DNA from: Acidobacteriota bacterium
Lineage (GTDB): Bacteria > Acidobacteriota > Vicinamibacteria > Vicinamibacterales > SCN-69-37
Assembly (NCBI GenBank): GCA_003242705.2
Contig: QGVF02000008.1
Coordinates: 7,194 to 71,193, forward strand
Length of the DNA stretch: 64,000 nt
Direction: 5' to 3'
Part shown: piece after piece, positions 9,552-19,568 of the stretch
Numbering within the stretch: the first letter of the stretch is position 1
Layout: each line of letters starts with the position of its first letter
Program-made: the position numbers and the translations under genes
The notes under the pieces: model-generated
Database searches by the model: none
What the model saw: only the letters and a program-made list of their open reading frames with translations
What the model was told of the DNA's origin: nothing

Positions 9552-10466
9552 ATGCACACCCGGGGAGTGGTCTGGACGCTGCCCACGCCGTTCCGGGCAG
9601 GCGCCGAGGTCGACCATGAGGGCCTGGCCCGGCTGGTCGACCTCGCCGTACGGGCCGGGGTGTCGGCCGTTTCGGTGCTCGGGGCGGCGGGCGAGGCCTC
9701 TCGACTCACCGAGCGCGAGCGGCTCGAGGTCGTCGACACGGTCACACGACACGCCAACGGACGCCTCGCGATCGTTGTCGACACGTCGTCGGACGGGCTC
9801 CGGACGTGTATCGACTTCAGCCGGCAGGTGCGCGGACTCGGCGCGGCTGCGGTGCTCGTCAGCCCGCCTCGAGCGCATCGGCTGAGCAACGAGTGGATCG
9901 TCCATCACTATCGATCACTGGCCGAGGCGGTCGACCTGCCGATCGTCGTGCAGGACGCACCGGCGCAGTGCGGCGTGTCGATGGATGCCGGGCTGCTCGT
10001 GCGGATCGGTCGTGAAGTGCCCGCCGCCCGCACCCTGCGGATTGACGCCGCGCCGACGTCGATGAAGATCACGCGCATCCTGGCGGCGGCGGCCGAGACG
10101 CGGCTGCACGTGCTTGGCGGCCAGGGCGGCCTGTTCCTGATTGAGGATCTGCGGGCCGGAGCCGACGGAGTATCGAGCGGCTTCGCCTGTCCGGAACTGC
10201 TCGTGCGCGTCGTCGCGCTCGTGCGCGACGGGCACGAGAGCGAAGCCGTGACGCTCTTTCACCGGTTCGTGCCGCTCATGCGCTTCGAGAACGTCGAGGG
10301 CGTCGGCCCGGCCGTACGCAAGGAGATGCTGCGGCGGCGGGGTGTGCTGGTCGACGCATCGACGCGCGCGCCCGGGATCGTCCTCGACGAGGGGATGCGC
10401 GGCGCCATCGAACAGCTGATGGCATGGGCGGCCCGGCAGGAAGGGGCCGAGTGGCTGCTCGACTGA
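9552..10466 (+). CDS. DHDPS/DapA-superfamily (class I aldolase fold) protein; Schiff-base Lys apparently replaced
   Basis: LPTPF, LGAAGEA, VLVSPP, IVVQDAP; TLRIDAAP where K is expected; start moved to ATG 9552. Confidence 0.75.
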   Translation: MHTRGVVWTLPTPFRAGAEVDHEGLARLVDLAVRAGVSAVSVLGAAGEASRLTERERLEVVDTVTRHANGRLAIVVDTSSDGLRTCIDFSRQVRGLGAAAVLVSPPRAHRLSNEWIVHHYRSLAEAVDLPIVVQDAPAQCGVSMDAGLLVRIGREVPAARTLRIDAAPTSMKITRILAAAAETRLHVLGGQGGLFLIEDLRAGADGVSSGFACPELLVRVVALVRDGHESEAVTLFHRFVPLMRFENVEGVGPAVRKEMLRRRGVLVDASTRAPGIVLDEGMRGAIEQLMAWAARQEGAEWLLD

Positions 10467-10469
10467 CGC

Positions 10470-11570
10470 TCAGGCCCAGCTGAGCAACGCCTTGAGGGCA
10501 GAACGCTTCCGCACGCCGAGCCGGCCCGGTCCGCGGCGGCGCGCATCGGCGAGGGCGTCATCCGCACGCGCGACCAGCGTGTCGACCGTATCGCCGTCCT
10601 GCAGCTCGGTGAGGCCGCAGCTGATCGTGAACCGCACGCGCTCGCGCCGGCCGAGCAGCTCGTATTCGTAGGCGCTGCGCGCGATCTCGGCAAGCAGCTG
10701 CCGCAGCCGCATCTCGACCTGAGCCGCCGGCGTGGCGGGCAGCAGGGCCGCGAAGAACTGATCGGCGTACCGGGCGACGTAGTCGCTCTGGCGCAGTCCG
10801 CGCGTGAGCCACTGCGCGGCACAGAGCAGAACGCGATCGGCCACCGTGCGCCCGTGCGTTTCGACGATGAGCGCGAAGTCGTCGACCTCGAACATGGCGA
10901 CCGACAGCGCGACCTGCTGCTGACGCGCCTGTTCGGCCATGCGGGCCACCGTGCGATCGAACCCGCGGCGGCTGCCGACGCGCGTCAGCGGATCGAGCGA
11001 CACTTCCTCTTCAATCTGCGCCAGGCGCGCCTGCAGCGAGTCGACGCGGCGGATCAGCTGGATGTAGGCGCGCTGATCGCGCTGCAGCTTCTCGTCGACA
11101 GTGCGCCGGAGCACGTGGACCTCGGCGGAGAGCCGGTGCTTCAGTTCGCGGAGATCCTCGAGCTCGCCGAGCCGGCTGAACCGTTCGGTGGCCTCGACCA
11201 TGCGTGTGTGGAAGTCGGACGAGTCGCCGACCGCAATCCGTGCCGCCTCGCGGAGGATCGCGATGATCTCGGAGAATTCCTGCTCGCGCAGCTCATAGTA
11301 CCGCTCCGACAGGCGGAAGTGCGTTTCGCACGCGGTGATGCAGCTGTCGATGATGCGGGGCAGGTCGCCGCGCCGGTCGGGATTCTTCAGTGCGCCGCGG
11401 CAGCTTTCAATGTGGATGCGGAAGCGGTCGACGTCGGCGCGCTCGGCCCGAGGAGCCATGTCGACGAGGAAGGACAGCAGACGGTCGACGAACGTTGCGA
11501 GCGCATCGGCCGGCGGGGCGGGGTCCGCCCCGTCGGGCAGTCGAATCCCCGTCTGAGCCCTGATCTCCAT
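10470..11570 (-). CDS. Degenerate GGDEF-domain protein with coiled-coil N-terminus
   Basis: DPLTRV..RRGF, RQSDYVARYADQFF in place of RxxD..RYGGDEF, TISCG, RADDAL. Confidence 0.8.
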   Translation of the reverse strand: MEIRAQTGIRLPDGADPAPPADALATFVDRLLSFLVDMAPRAERADVDRFRIHIESCRGALKNPDRRGDLPRIIDSCITACETHFRLSERYYELREQEFSEIIAILREAARIAVGDSSDFHTRMVEATERFSRLGELEDLRELKHRLSAEVHVLRRTVDEKLQRDQRAYIQLIRRVDSLQARLAQIEEEVSLDPLTRVGSRRGFDRTVARMAEQARQQQVALSVAMFEVDDFALIVETHGRTVADRVLLCAAQWLTRGLRQSDYVARYADQFFAALLPATPAAQVEMRLRQLLAEIARSAYEYELLGRRERVRFTISCGLTELQDGDTVDTLVARADDALADARRRGPGRLGVRKRSALKALLSWA

Positions 11571-11579
11571 TCGACAGGA

Positions 11580-11615
11580 GAATCGGACGCCCGCTATGTG
11601 ACTTTAGCGTCACAT
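11580..11615 (-). promoter_or_regulatory. sigma28-like promoter overlapped by a 7-bp inverted repeat
   Basis: Minus strand TAAA-N15-TCCGATTC, 9 nt before the ATG; palindrome ATGTGAC-N6-GTCACAT at 11596-11615. Confidence 0.4.
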
Positions 11616-11737
11616 CGACATTCGACAGAGTTGTAACTGCTGCGGAAAATCGCACGCCACGCGGCACGGCGTGCGCCGGGCAGCTGGGCCGGTCGGAGTG
11701 ATCACGTGAGGCCGGCGAGGCGAGCCGATCGGGGCTG

Positions 11738-11769
11738 AAAAAAGAAAGGCGATCCGGATGCGGATCGCC
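11738..11769 (-). terminator. Intrinsic terminator of tRNA-Leu
   Basis: Minus strand GGCGATCCG-catc-CGGATCGCC followed by TTTCTTTTTT. Confidence 0.85.
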
Positions 11770-11778
11770 ACAGATCGT

Positions 11779-11865
11779 TGGTGCGGAAGAGAGGACTCGA
11801 ACCTCCACGGGGTTGCCCCCACAAGCTCCTGAGGCTTGCGCGTCTGCCAGTTCCGCCACTTCCGC
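11779..11865 (-). tRNA. tRNA-Leu (anticodon CAG), 87 nt, encoded CCA
   Basis: Reverse complement GCGGAAGTGGCGGAACTGGCAGACGCGCAAGCCTCAGGAGCTTGTGGGGGCAACCCCGTGGAGGTTCGAGTCCTCTCTTCCGCACCA: acceptor stem, D loop, CAG loop, long variable arm, GGTTCGA. Confidence 0.97.
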
Positions 11866-11911
11866 GTGGGACCCGCCCGGCCGGGGGCCGGCAGGCCGAC
11901 TGGAACGACGC

Positions 11912-11920
11912 ATTATAACA
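11912..11920 (-). promoter_or_regulatory. Extended -10 promoter for tRNA-Leu
   Basis: TGtTATAAT on the minus strand ~47 nt upstream of the tRNA. Confidence 0.6.
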
Positions 11921-12020
11921 GGAACTGCTGCGATTTCGTCACCTGCAAGCGGTAAAGTACCGTCACTGTGTCAATGCGCATGGAAAAAGGTAGAAGGACG
12001 ATGCCGGCGGAGGCGCGGTC

Positions 12021-12902
12021 GTGACCCCGCGGCGACTGCAGGCCGAACTCGTTCTCGACGCCGGAGCGGAGCTCGGCGAAGGGCCGCTGTGGGATCACGA
12101 TCGCGGCATCCTGATCTTCGTCGACATTCACCAGCGGCGCGTCCACATCTTCGATCCGTCCGACGGCGGGCATCGGGTGTTCGAAATGGATCGGCCCGTG
12201 ACGGCCCTCGGTCTGACGTCGCGCGGCGACTGGATCGCGGCGGCAGGTGTCGGCTTTGCCCGGCTCGATCCGGACGGGCGGCTGCAGCCGATCGTCGAGG
12301 TGGAGCCGGCGTCGCGACGGACACGCATGAACGACGGTGCGGTCGATCCCGCGGGACGGTTCTGGGCCGGGACGATGAGCCTCGACGGTGTCGAAGGGCA
12401 GGGCACGCTGTACCGCCTCGATCCGGACGGCCGCGTGACGCCGGTGATCTCGCCGGTCACGACGTCGAACGGACCGGCGTGGAGCCCTGACGGACGCCTC
12501 ATGTACTACGTGGACACGCGGACGCGCCGCGTCGACGTGCTCGATTTCGACGCCGCAACGGGCGAGGCGGGCAACCGGCGGGTCTTCGTCGACTTCACCG
12601 GTGCCGAGGGCCGGCCCGATGGCGTGATCGTCGACGCGGAAGGAGGCGTGTGGGTCGGCCTCTGGCTCGGTCATGCCGTGCACCGCTACACGCCCGACGG
12701 CCGTCTCGACACGATCGTCGAGGTGCCGGCCGCCTGCGCGACGAAGTGCGCGTTCGGTGGAGCCGACCTCACCGATCTCTACATCACGACGGCACGGGCT
12801 CCCCTCGACGAGGCCGGCCGGCGCGCGCAGCCGACGGCCGGCGGCCTGTTTCACGTGCGTCCGGGTGTGCGCGGGCTGCCCGCCGTGCCGTACCGCGGTT
12901 GA
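12021..12902 (+). CDS. SMP-30/gluconolactonase family protein
   Basis: LGEGPLWD, RMNDGAVDPAGRFWAGTM, SNGPAWSPDG, PDGVIVD, CAFGG. Confidence 0.92.
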   Translation: MTPRRLQAELVLDAGAELGEGPLWDHDRGILIFVDIHQRRVHIFDPSDGGHRVFEMDRPVTALGLTSRGDWIAAAGVGFARLDPDGRLQPIVEVEPASRRTRMNDGAVDPAGRFWAGTMSLDGVEGQGTLYRLDPDGRVTPVISPVTTSNGPAWSPDGRLMYYVDTRTRRVDVLDFDAATGEAGNRRVFVDFTGAEGRPDGVIVDAEGGVWVGLWLGHAVHRYTPDGRLDTIVEVPAACATKCAFGGADLTDLYITTARAPLDEAGRRAQPTAGGLFHVRPGVRGLPAVPYRG

Positions 12903-12967
12903 CGAAGCCGGAGGCGACGACCGGCGCGCCTCGCCGCACGCTCTATACTTGCCGCATTGATTGAGGT

Positions 12968-14716
12968 GTGAACGTGGCTATGCGTCGCGGCGTCCTGCTG
13001 ATCCTCTCCCTGATCCTGTTGGCGGTCTTCGTGTCGGTGGCCGGCACGCTGCTGCTGGCGACGCTGGCCCGTCCCTCGGTGTCGGTGCCGGCGTCGGCCA
13101 CGCTGAACATGCGCATCGAGGCGCCCTGGTCGGAGATCGAACCGGCCGATGTCTTCCAGCAGCTGTTCAGTACCGGGCCGTCGCTCCGGGCGACGATCGA
13201 TGCCATCCGCCGGGCGAAGCAGGACTCGCGCATCAGGGCGCTCGTCATCCGGCCGGCGACCCAGTCGGCGCTCTGGGGGCAGCTGCAGGAGATGCATGCC
13301 GCGCTCCTTGACTTCCGCGACTCCGGCAAGCCGGTCATTGCCTACCTCGAGGCGGCGAGCACCGGCGACTACTACCTGGCCACGGCGGCCGATCGGGTCG
13401 TGCTCATGCCGGCAGGCCAGCTCGATCTCGCCGGGCTCGTGTCGTACGAGCTGTTCTTCCGCGGCGCCCTCGACAAGGTCGGGATCTATCCCGACCTGCT
13501 GCACATCGGCGACTACAAGTCGGCGTCGAACACGTTCACCGAGCGGGGCTTCACGCCGGAGCACCGCGAGATGACCGAGTCGCTCAACCGCGACTGGTAC
13601 GACGGTCTGGTGGCGGCCATCGCGACCGGCCGCAACGTGTCGGCTGAGCGGGCGCGCGAGCTGGTCGACGGCGGGCCCTATCTTGCGGCCGAAGCGCTCG
13701 AGGCGGGCCTCGTCGACGAGCTCGCGTACGAGGACCAGCTCGACGACGACGAGCCGGTGCGGGGAACGGAAACGATCGAGGCGTCGCAGTACCTGAAGAC
13801 CGTCCGGCCGCCTGCAGGGACGGGCCGCATTGCGCTGCTGTACGCGGTCGGCACGATCACCAGCGGCAAGAGCTCGTTCGATTCGCCGACGGGTGGCCTC
13901 GTACTGGGATCAGAAACGTTCACGGAGTGGGTCCGGCGCGCCCGCGTCGATCCCGACGTCGACGCCGTGGTCGTCCGCATCGACAGCCCGGGCGGGTCGG
14001 CCATCGCGTCCGAGGTGATCTGGCGGGAACTGCGGCTGACGCGCGACGTCAAGCCGCTCGTCGTCTCACTCGGCGACGTCGCGGCATCGGGCGGCTACTA
14101 CATTGCCGCGCCGGCGCACACGATCGTCGCGCAGCCCGGCACGCTGACCGGTTCGATCGGGGTCGTCACCGGCAAGTTCGTTCTCGACGGCGCGTTCGAC
14201 AAGCTCGGCATCGGCACCGGATCGGTGAGCGAGGGGCGCTTCGCCGAGATCTACTCGCCCTTCCGGCCGTTCACCGACGAGGAGCGCGCGCGCATCTCGG
14301 ACCAGATGCGCGCCACCTACGAGCTGTTCGTCCAGCGCGTGGCCGAAGGGCGCGACCAGCCCGAAGCCCACATCGACGCGGTGGCGCAGGGGCGGGTGTG
14401 GACGGGGCGCCAGGCCCGCGAGCTGGGCCTGGTCGACGAGCTCGGCGGGCTGTACGACGCCGTGCGGATCGCGATGGAGCGCGCGAGGCTGGATCCGGGG
14501 GCGGGCGTCAGGCTCGACGTCTACCCGCCCAAGCGAACGCTGTACGACATCCTCTCGCAGCAGTTCGGCTCGACCTCGACCGGGCCGGTCGGCGCCGTTG
14601 GCGCGCTGTTCAGCCGCCCCGAGCTGCGCGCCATCCGTCAGGCGGCCGATGTCATGCCGCTCTTCCGCCGCGGCGAGCCGCTCGCGATCCTGCCGAACCT
14701 CTTCGTGACGCGCTGA
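12968..14716 (+). CDS. sppA: Signal peptide peptidase SppA (67-kDa type)
   Basis: GDYKSA, RIDSPGGS, DVAASGGYY, TGSIGV, QGRVWTG; SD GAGGT. Confidence 0.93.
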   Translation: MNVAMRRGVLLILSLILLAVFVSVAGTLLLATLARPSVSVPASATLNMRIEAPWSEIEPADVFQQLFSTGPSLRATIDAIRRAKQDSRIRALVIRPATQSALWGQLQEMHAALLDFRDSGKPVIAYLEAASTGDYYLATAADRVVLMPAGQLDLAGLVSYELFFRGALDKVGIYPDLLHIGDYKSASNTFTERGFTPEHREMTESLNRDWYDGLVAAIATGRNVSAERARELVDGGPYLAAEALEAGLVDELAYEDQLDDDEPVRGTETIEASQYLKTVRPPAGTGRIALLYAVGTITSGKSSFDSPTGGLVLGSETFTEWVRRARVDPDVDAVVVRIDSPGGSAIASEVIWRELRLTRDVKPLVVSLGDVAASGGYYIAAPAHTIVAQPGTLTGSIGVVTGKFVLDGAFDKLGIGTGSVSEGRFAEIYSPFRPFTDEERARISDQMRATYELFVQRVAEGRDQPEAHIDAVAQGRVWTGRQARELGLVDELGGLYDAVRIAMERARLDPGAGVRLDVYPPKRTLYDILSQQFGSTSTGPVGAVGALFSRPELRAIRQAADVMPLFRRGEPLAILPNLFVTR

Positions 14717-14795
14717 CGTCACGTGCGTGGGTCGCATCCCGGCACCTCGAAGCGCGGTGCCTGCGGCGCCCGACGGACCGGGCCTCGACGGAAAG

Positions 14796-14832
14796 AAAAA
14801 GGGGCGCCGCGGAAATCATCCGCGGCGCCCCT
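14796..14832 (-). terminator. Intrinsic terminator of ppiD (may also act on convergent sppA)
   Basis: AGGGGCGCCGCGGA / TCCGCGGCGCCCCT stem followed by a T-run on the minus strand. Confidence 0.85.
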
Positions 14833-14864
14833 GTGTCGTTGGAGCCGGTCGGTTCCGCTCCCGG

Positions 14865-16784
14865 CTACGATCCCAGCAGCGTTGCCAGCACCTGCTCGTT
14901 GTAGCTGATGTCCATCTGCTCCATGGCGCGCGTCATGTAAGCGCTGAAGAACTCGGCGCGGCGCTGCGCGGTCAGCTGCGCCCGCAGCGTCTCGCGCTGC
15001 GACTCGAGGCCTTCAGGCACGATGTCCTGCCGATCGGTAACCTGCGCGACCACGATCGTCGAGTCGACCGCAATCGGCTCGGTCCGCTGGCCGACCTGGA
15101 GCCCGAAGACGGCTTCGTCGATGCGGCTGCTCACGCCGAGGTCGGGCAGGGCGGCGCCGCGCGTGATGAAATCGGTCGAGCGCACCGCAGCTCCGGCCGC
15201 ACGGGCCGCCGCCGCGAAGTTGCCCGAGCCCGAGGCGACCGTCGCGGCGCGGGCGCGGGCGGCCTCGACGGCCTTGCGGCGCACCACGGCCTCGCGAACC
15301 TGGCCGCGGACTTCCTCGAGTGCCGGCAGGTGCGCCGGCCGGATTTCAGCGACGGTGATGAACGCGTAGCCCTGCGGCGTCGTGAGCGCCGTGCTCACCT
15401 GATCCTGCTCAAGGCGGAAGGCCTCGGCGGCGACGACCGGCACGAAGCCCAGACCCGACAGCGGTTCGTTCCGTCCGAAGAGCCCGGAATCGCCGAGCGT
15501 CAGGCCGCGCGCCTGCGCCACGCGTTCGAGATCGGCCGGCGATGAGATCTCGCGCTCCAGCTCTTCGGCCAGCCGCGTGGCTTCGGCGCGCGCCTTCTCG
15601 GTGCGGATCTGGTCCTCGAGCTGGGGCCGGACTTCGTCGAGCGATCGCGTCGTGGCCGGCTGCCGTTCGGTGACGCGGACGATGTGGTAGCCGAACTGCG
15701 TCCGGACCAGTTCGTCGTGCGTCTGGCCCGGCTCGAGCGACCAGACGACGGCGTCGAATTCGGGCACCATGGCGCCGCGCGGGTTGAAGCCCAGGTCGCC
15801 GCCGTTGGCGGAGCTGGGGTCGGCCGAGAACTCACGCGCGAGCGCTTCGAAGTCCTCGCCGTTCAGCACGCGGGCAAGCACGGCCTCGGCCCGTTCCCGT
15901 ACCTCGTCTTCGTTCTCGCCTTCGCCCACGGTGAAGAGAATGTGGCTGGCGCGCGTCTGTTCCGGCGTCGAGAACGCCGACACGTTGGCGCGGTAGCGCT
16001 GCTCGACCTCGTCGGCCGTGACGTTCACCGAGCTGCGCAGCGTCGCCGCGTCGATGGCCAGGTAGCGCACGCGCCGCTTCTCTTCAACCCGGTAGGCGTC
16101 GCCGTTCGCTTCGTACTCGGCCTGAATCTCGGCCTCGGTCGGCGTGATGCCCGACGTGAACTGCTCGGCGTTGAAGATGGCCAGGTCGAGCTTCACGCGC
16201 TCATGTTCCCGGCGGTACGCGTCCTCGACTTCCTCGTCCGACACCAGGATCCAGCCGGCGACGAGGTTCTGGAGCTTCTCGGCGATCAGCGAACGGCGCA
16301 GATCTTCCTCGAACTCGGCGGGGCGGATGGGTGGACGGGCCGAGGCGAGCAGCTGCGTGTAGCGCGCGTTGCCGATGAAGACGCCGTTCTCCTGGAAGGC
16401 CGGCAGGCGGATCAGCCGTTCGCGCAGCTCGCCGTCGGTCACCGTGATGCCGAGCCGTTCGGCCTCCACGAGCTGCGCCTCCTGACTGATCAGCTGCTGG
16501 ATGACGCGCTGGGGGAACCCGAGCTGCCGCGCCAGGTCGTCGGTCATCTGCCCGTACGCCTGCCGGAGCTGGGCGAGCTGCTGCGTGTACACCTGCTGGT
16601 AGGTGCTCGCGGGGATGCGCCGGCCTTCGACCGTGGCAATCGCGTCGCGGGCGCCCACGCCAGCGCCGGTGCCGGTGGGATCGAGGAACTGCGGAACGTA
16701 CAGCAGCACGAAGGTTGCGCAGACGAACGCCAGGCTCCACTTGAGCCACGTTCGGTGTCGGCGCATCCGGTCGAGCATCGTCAT
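14865..16784 (-). CDS. ppiD: Periplasmic chaperone/parvulin-type PPIase PpiD (SurA_N + rotamase)
   Basis: MTMLDRMR start with TM anchor; ASHILF, FEALAREFSADPSS..GGDLGF..MVPEF..QFGYHIV; start moved to 16784. Confidence 0.88.
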   Translation of the reverse strand: MTMLDRMRRHRTWLKWSLAFVCATFVLLYVPQFLDPTGTGAGVGARDAIATVEGRRIPASTYQQVYTQQLAQLRQAYGQMTDDLARQLGFPQRVIQQLISQEAQLVEAERLGITVTDGELRERLIRLPAFQENGVFIGNARYTQLLASARPPIRPAEFEEDLRRSLIAEKLQNLVAGWILVSDEEVEDAYRREHERVKLDLAIFNAEQFTSGITPTEAEIQAEYEANGDAYRVEEKRRVRYLAIDAATLRSSVNVTADEVEQRYRANVSAFSTPEQTRASHILFTVGEGENEDEVRERAEAVLARVLNGEDFEALAREFSADPSSANGGDLGFNPRGAMVPEFDAVVWSLEPGQTHDELVRTQFGYHIVRVTERQPATTRSLDEVRPQLEDQIRTEKARAEATRLAEELEREISSPADLERVAQARGLTLGDSGLFGRNEPLSGLGFVPVVAAEAFRLEQDQVSTALTTPQGYAFITVAEIRPAHLPALEEVRGQVREAVVRRKAVEAARARAATVASGSGNFAAAARAAGAAVRSTDFITRGAALPDLGVSSRIDEAVFGLQVGQRTEPIAVDSTIVVAQVTDRQDIVPEGLESQRETLRAQLTAQRRAEFFSAYMTRAMEQMDISYNEQVLATLLGS

Positions 16785-16949
16785 GAGCGAGATCTCCTGG
16801 GGCTGAGAAAGTGAACAATTATGCCATGCGGGCGGGGAGACGCTCCCCCTGGCGGGAACGGTGGACTTGAGTCTGCCGGCCGGCAGACTTGCGGGACGGC
16901 CGGGAGAGCCGGAAGCCCCGGGATCGGCCGCGATCCCGCGCGTTTCACG

Positions 16950-16987
16950 TGTTATAGTTTGCGCACCTGGCAGGCGCACAAGTTGCA
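16950..16987 (+). promoter_or_regulatory. Candidate extended -10 (TGtTATAGT) followed by a sigma54-like site (aGGCGCacaagTTGCA)
   Basis: GG 16973-74 / GC 16985-86 with exact 10-nt spacing, ~25 nt before the ATG at 17012. Confidence 0.45.
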
Positions 16988-17011
16988 GGACACGCCGCAC
17001 GACTGACACCG

Positions 17012-18489
17012 ATGTTTGGAACCAGCCCGCGGACAATCTCCGCGACGGAACCGAGTGCGGCAGACGACGCCCTGACGCTGGCGATTTACCACCGCAGCGA
17101 CGACATCGAACGATACCTGCACGAGTTGCGGGCGGCCGGCGGTCTGCGTCTGGAACTGATTCGTAAAGGCACGCTCTGGACGGTGCCCGGCACCGTGTCG
17201 GGCGTGCTGTGGGAGCTGACGCCCGACGACGGGGCGCAGCGGCTCGTGGCGGCCCTGATCGCGAACGTCCCCGCCGTGTCCTACAGCCTGGCCGACCGGC
17301 CGGGACTGGTCGAGCTGTCGCGAGCCCTCGGTTTCCGCGCCCACCTGACCCCGCCGTTGCGCCTGGCCGACGTCGAGCGCGGCCTCGGCATCCGGCACCT
17401 GCTTGATCTGGCCGACCGGCTCGAGGCGGCGACCGGGCCGATCGTCGAGGCGGCCGCCGATCCCGACGTGATCGGCGCCGTCCTGCGTGCGGTGAACGTC
17501 GCCCCGGATCCGCCGGGTGTCGCCGCGGCCATTGTCGAACAGGTCAACCAGTGGCTGCCGCTGCCGGCGTGGTATACGTTTGCGGTCGAGGCCGATGGCG
17601 TGCCGCAGCTCATCGGGCCGTCGGACACCGATCCGGCGCTGCGAGCGGCGCTGCGGTCGTTTGCCGACGTGATTGCGGCCACCGGGGCGCCGGCCGTTCG
17701 TGTGACGAACTACCTCGATGACCGGATCGAGATGGTCCAGGCGGCGGACCGGATGGTCGAGGTTTCGCTCATCGGGCTGCCGCTTGTCGCGGGAGGCACG
17801 CTCGTCGGCGGGCTGATCGGGCTCGAAACGGGGCGGGCGCGGCGGCTGCCGACCATCAGCCGACGCTGTGCCGATGCGCTGGCCCGGCTGCTCGAACCGG
17901 CGGCCTTCACGCTGCAGACCGCGCTCCGGGTCGCCCGCGCCGAGGCGCTCTCGGTCACCGACGACCTGACGCAGCTCTACAACGCGCGCTACCTGAACGA
18001 GGCGCTGCGCAAGGAAGCCAAACGGGCGATGCGCAGCGGCTGGCCGCTGTCGCTGCTGTTCATCGACCTCGACGGATTCAAGGCCATCAACGACGGCCAC
18101 GGCCACCTGGCCGGCAGCCGGGCGCTGATCGAGGCGGCCGACGTCATCCGGGCGAGCGCCCGGGAGACCGATATCGTCGCGCGCTTCGGCGGCGACGAGT
18201 TCGCGATCCTGCTGCCGGAAACGGGGACCGAGGGGGCCCATTCGGTGGCCCGCCGGCTGCGCGAACGGCTCCAGCGCTTCTCGTTTCTTGCCGGAGTTGC
18301 ACCCGGCAGTCGAATTACCGCCTCGATCGGGGTGGCCACGCTGCCCGATGTGGCCGATACAGCAGAGGGCCTGCTGCAGGCTGCCGACGCGGCCATGTAT
18401 CGCGTCAAGCTCACGGGCAAGAACGGGATTCATATTGCGGGCAGCGAGACGTCAGGTCTCCGCCTGCCGACCGGGGAACAGGAGATCAG

Positions 18490-18493
<4 letters not shown>
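17012..18493 (+). CDS. Diguanylate cyclase (atypical REC-like + GAF-like + GGDEF)
   Basis: TDDLTQLYN, DLDGFKAINDGHGHLAG, I-site RETD, RFGGDEF, ITASIGVA, ADAAMY..K..GKN all intact. Confidence 0.9.
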
Positions 18494-19515
<1,022 letters not shown>

Positions 19516-19568
19516 GGCGGCCGCCCGGCGGGATCGAGGGCCGATCTGCCGTCGCGCGGCCTTCTCGC

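Noticed and set aside
11596-11615. CRP/FNR/Rex site
   Set aside because: TGTGA and TCACA half-sites are 8 nt apart rather than 6; kept only as an unassigned palindrome.
10470-11865. tRNA-Leu as integration site of a genomic island
   Set aside because: No integrase, no duplicated tRNA 3' end seen, no compositional shift; the tRNA has its own terminator directly downstream.
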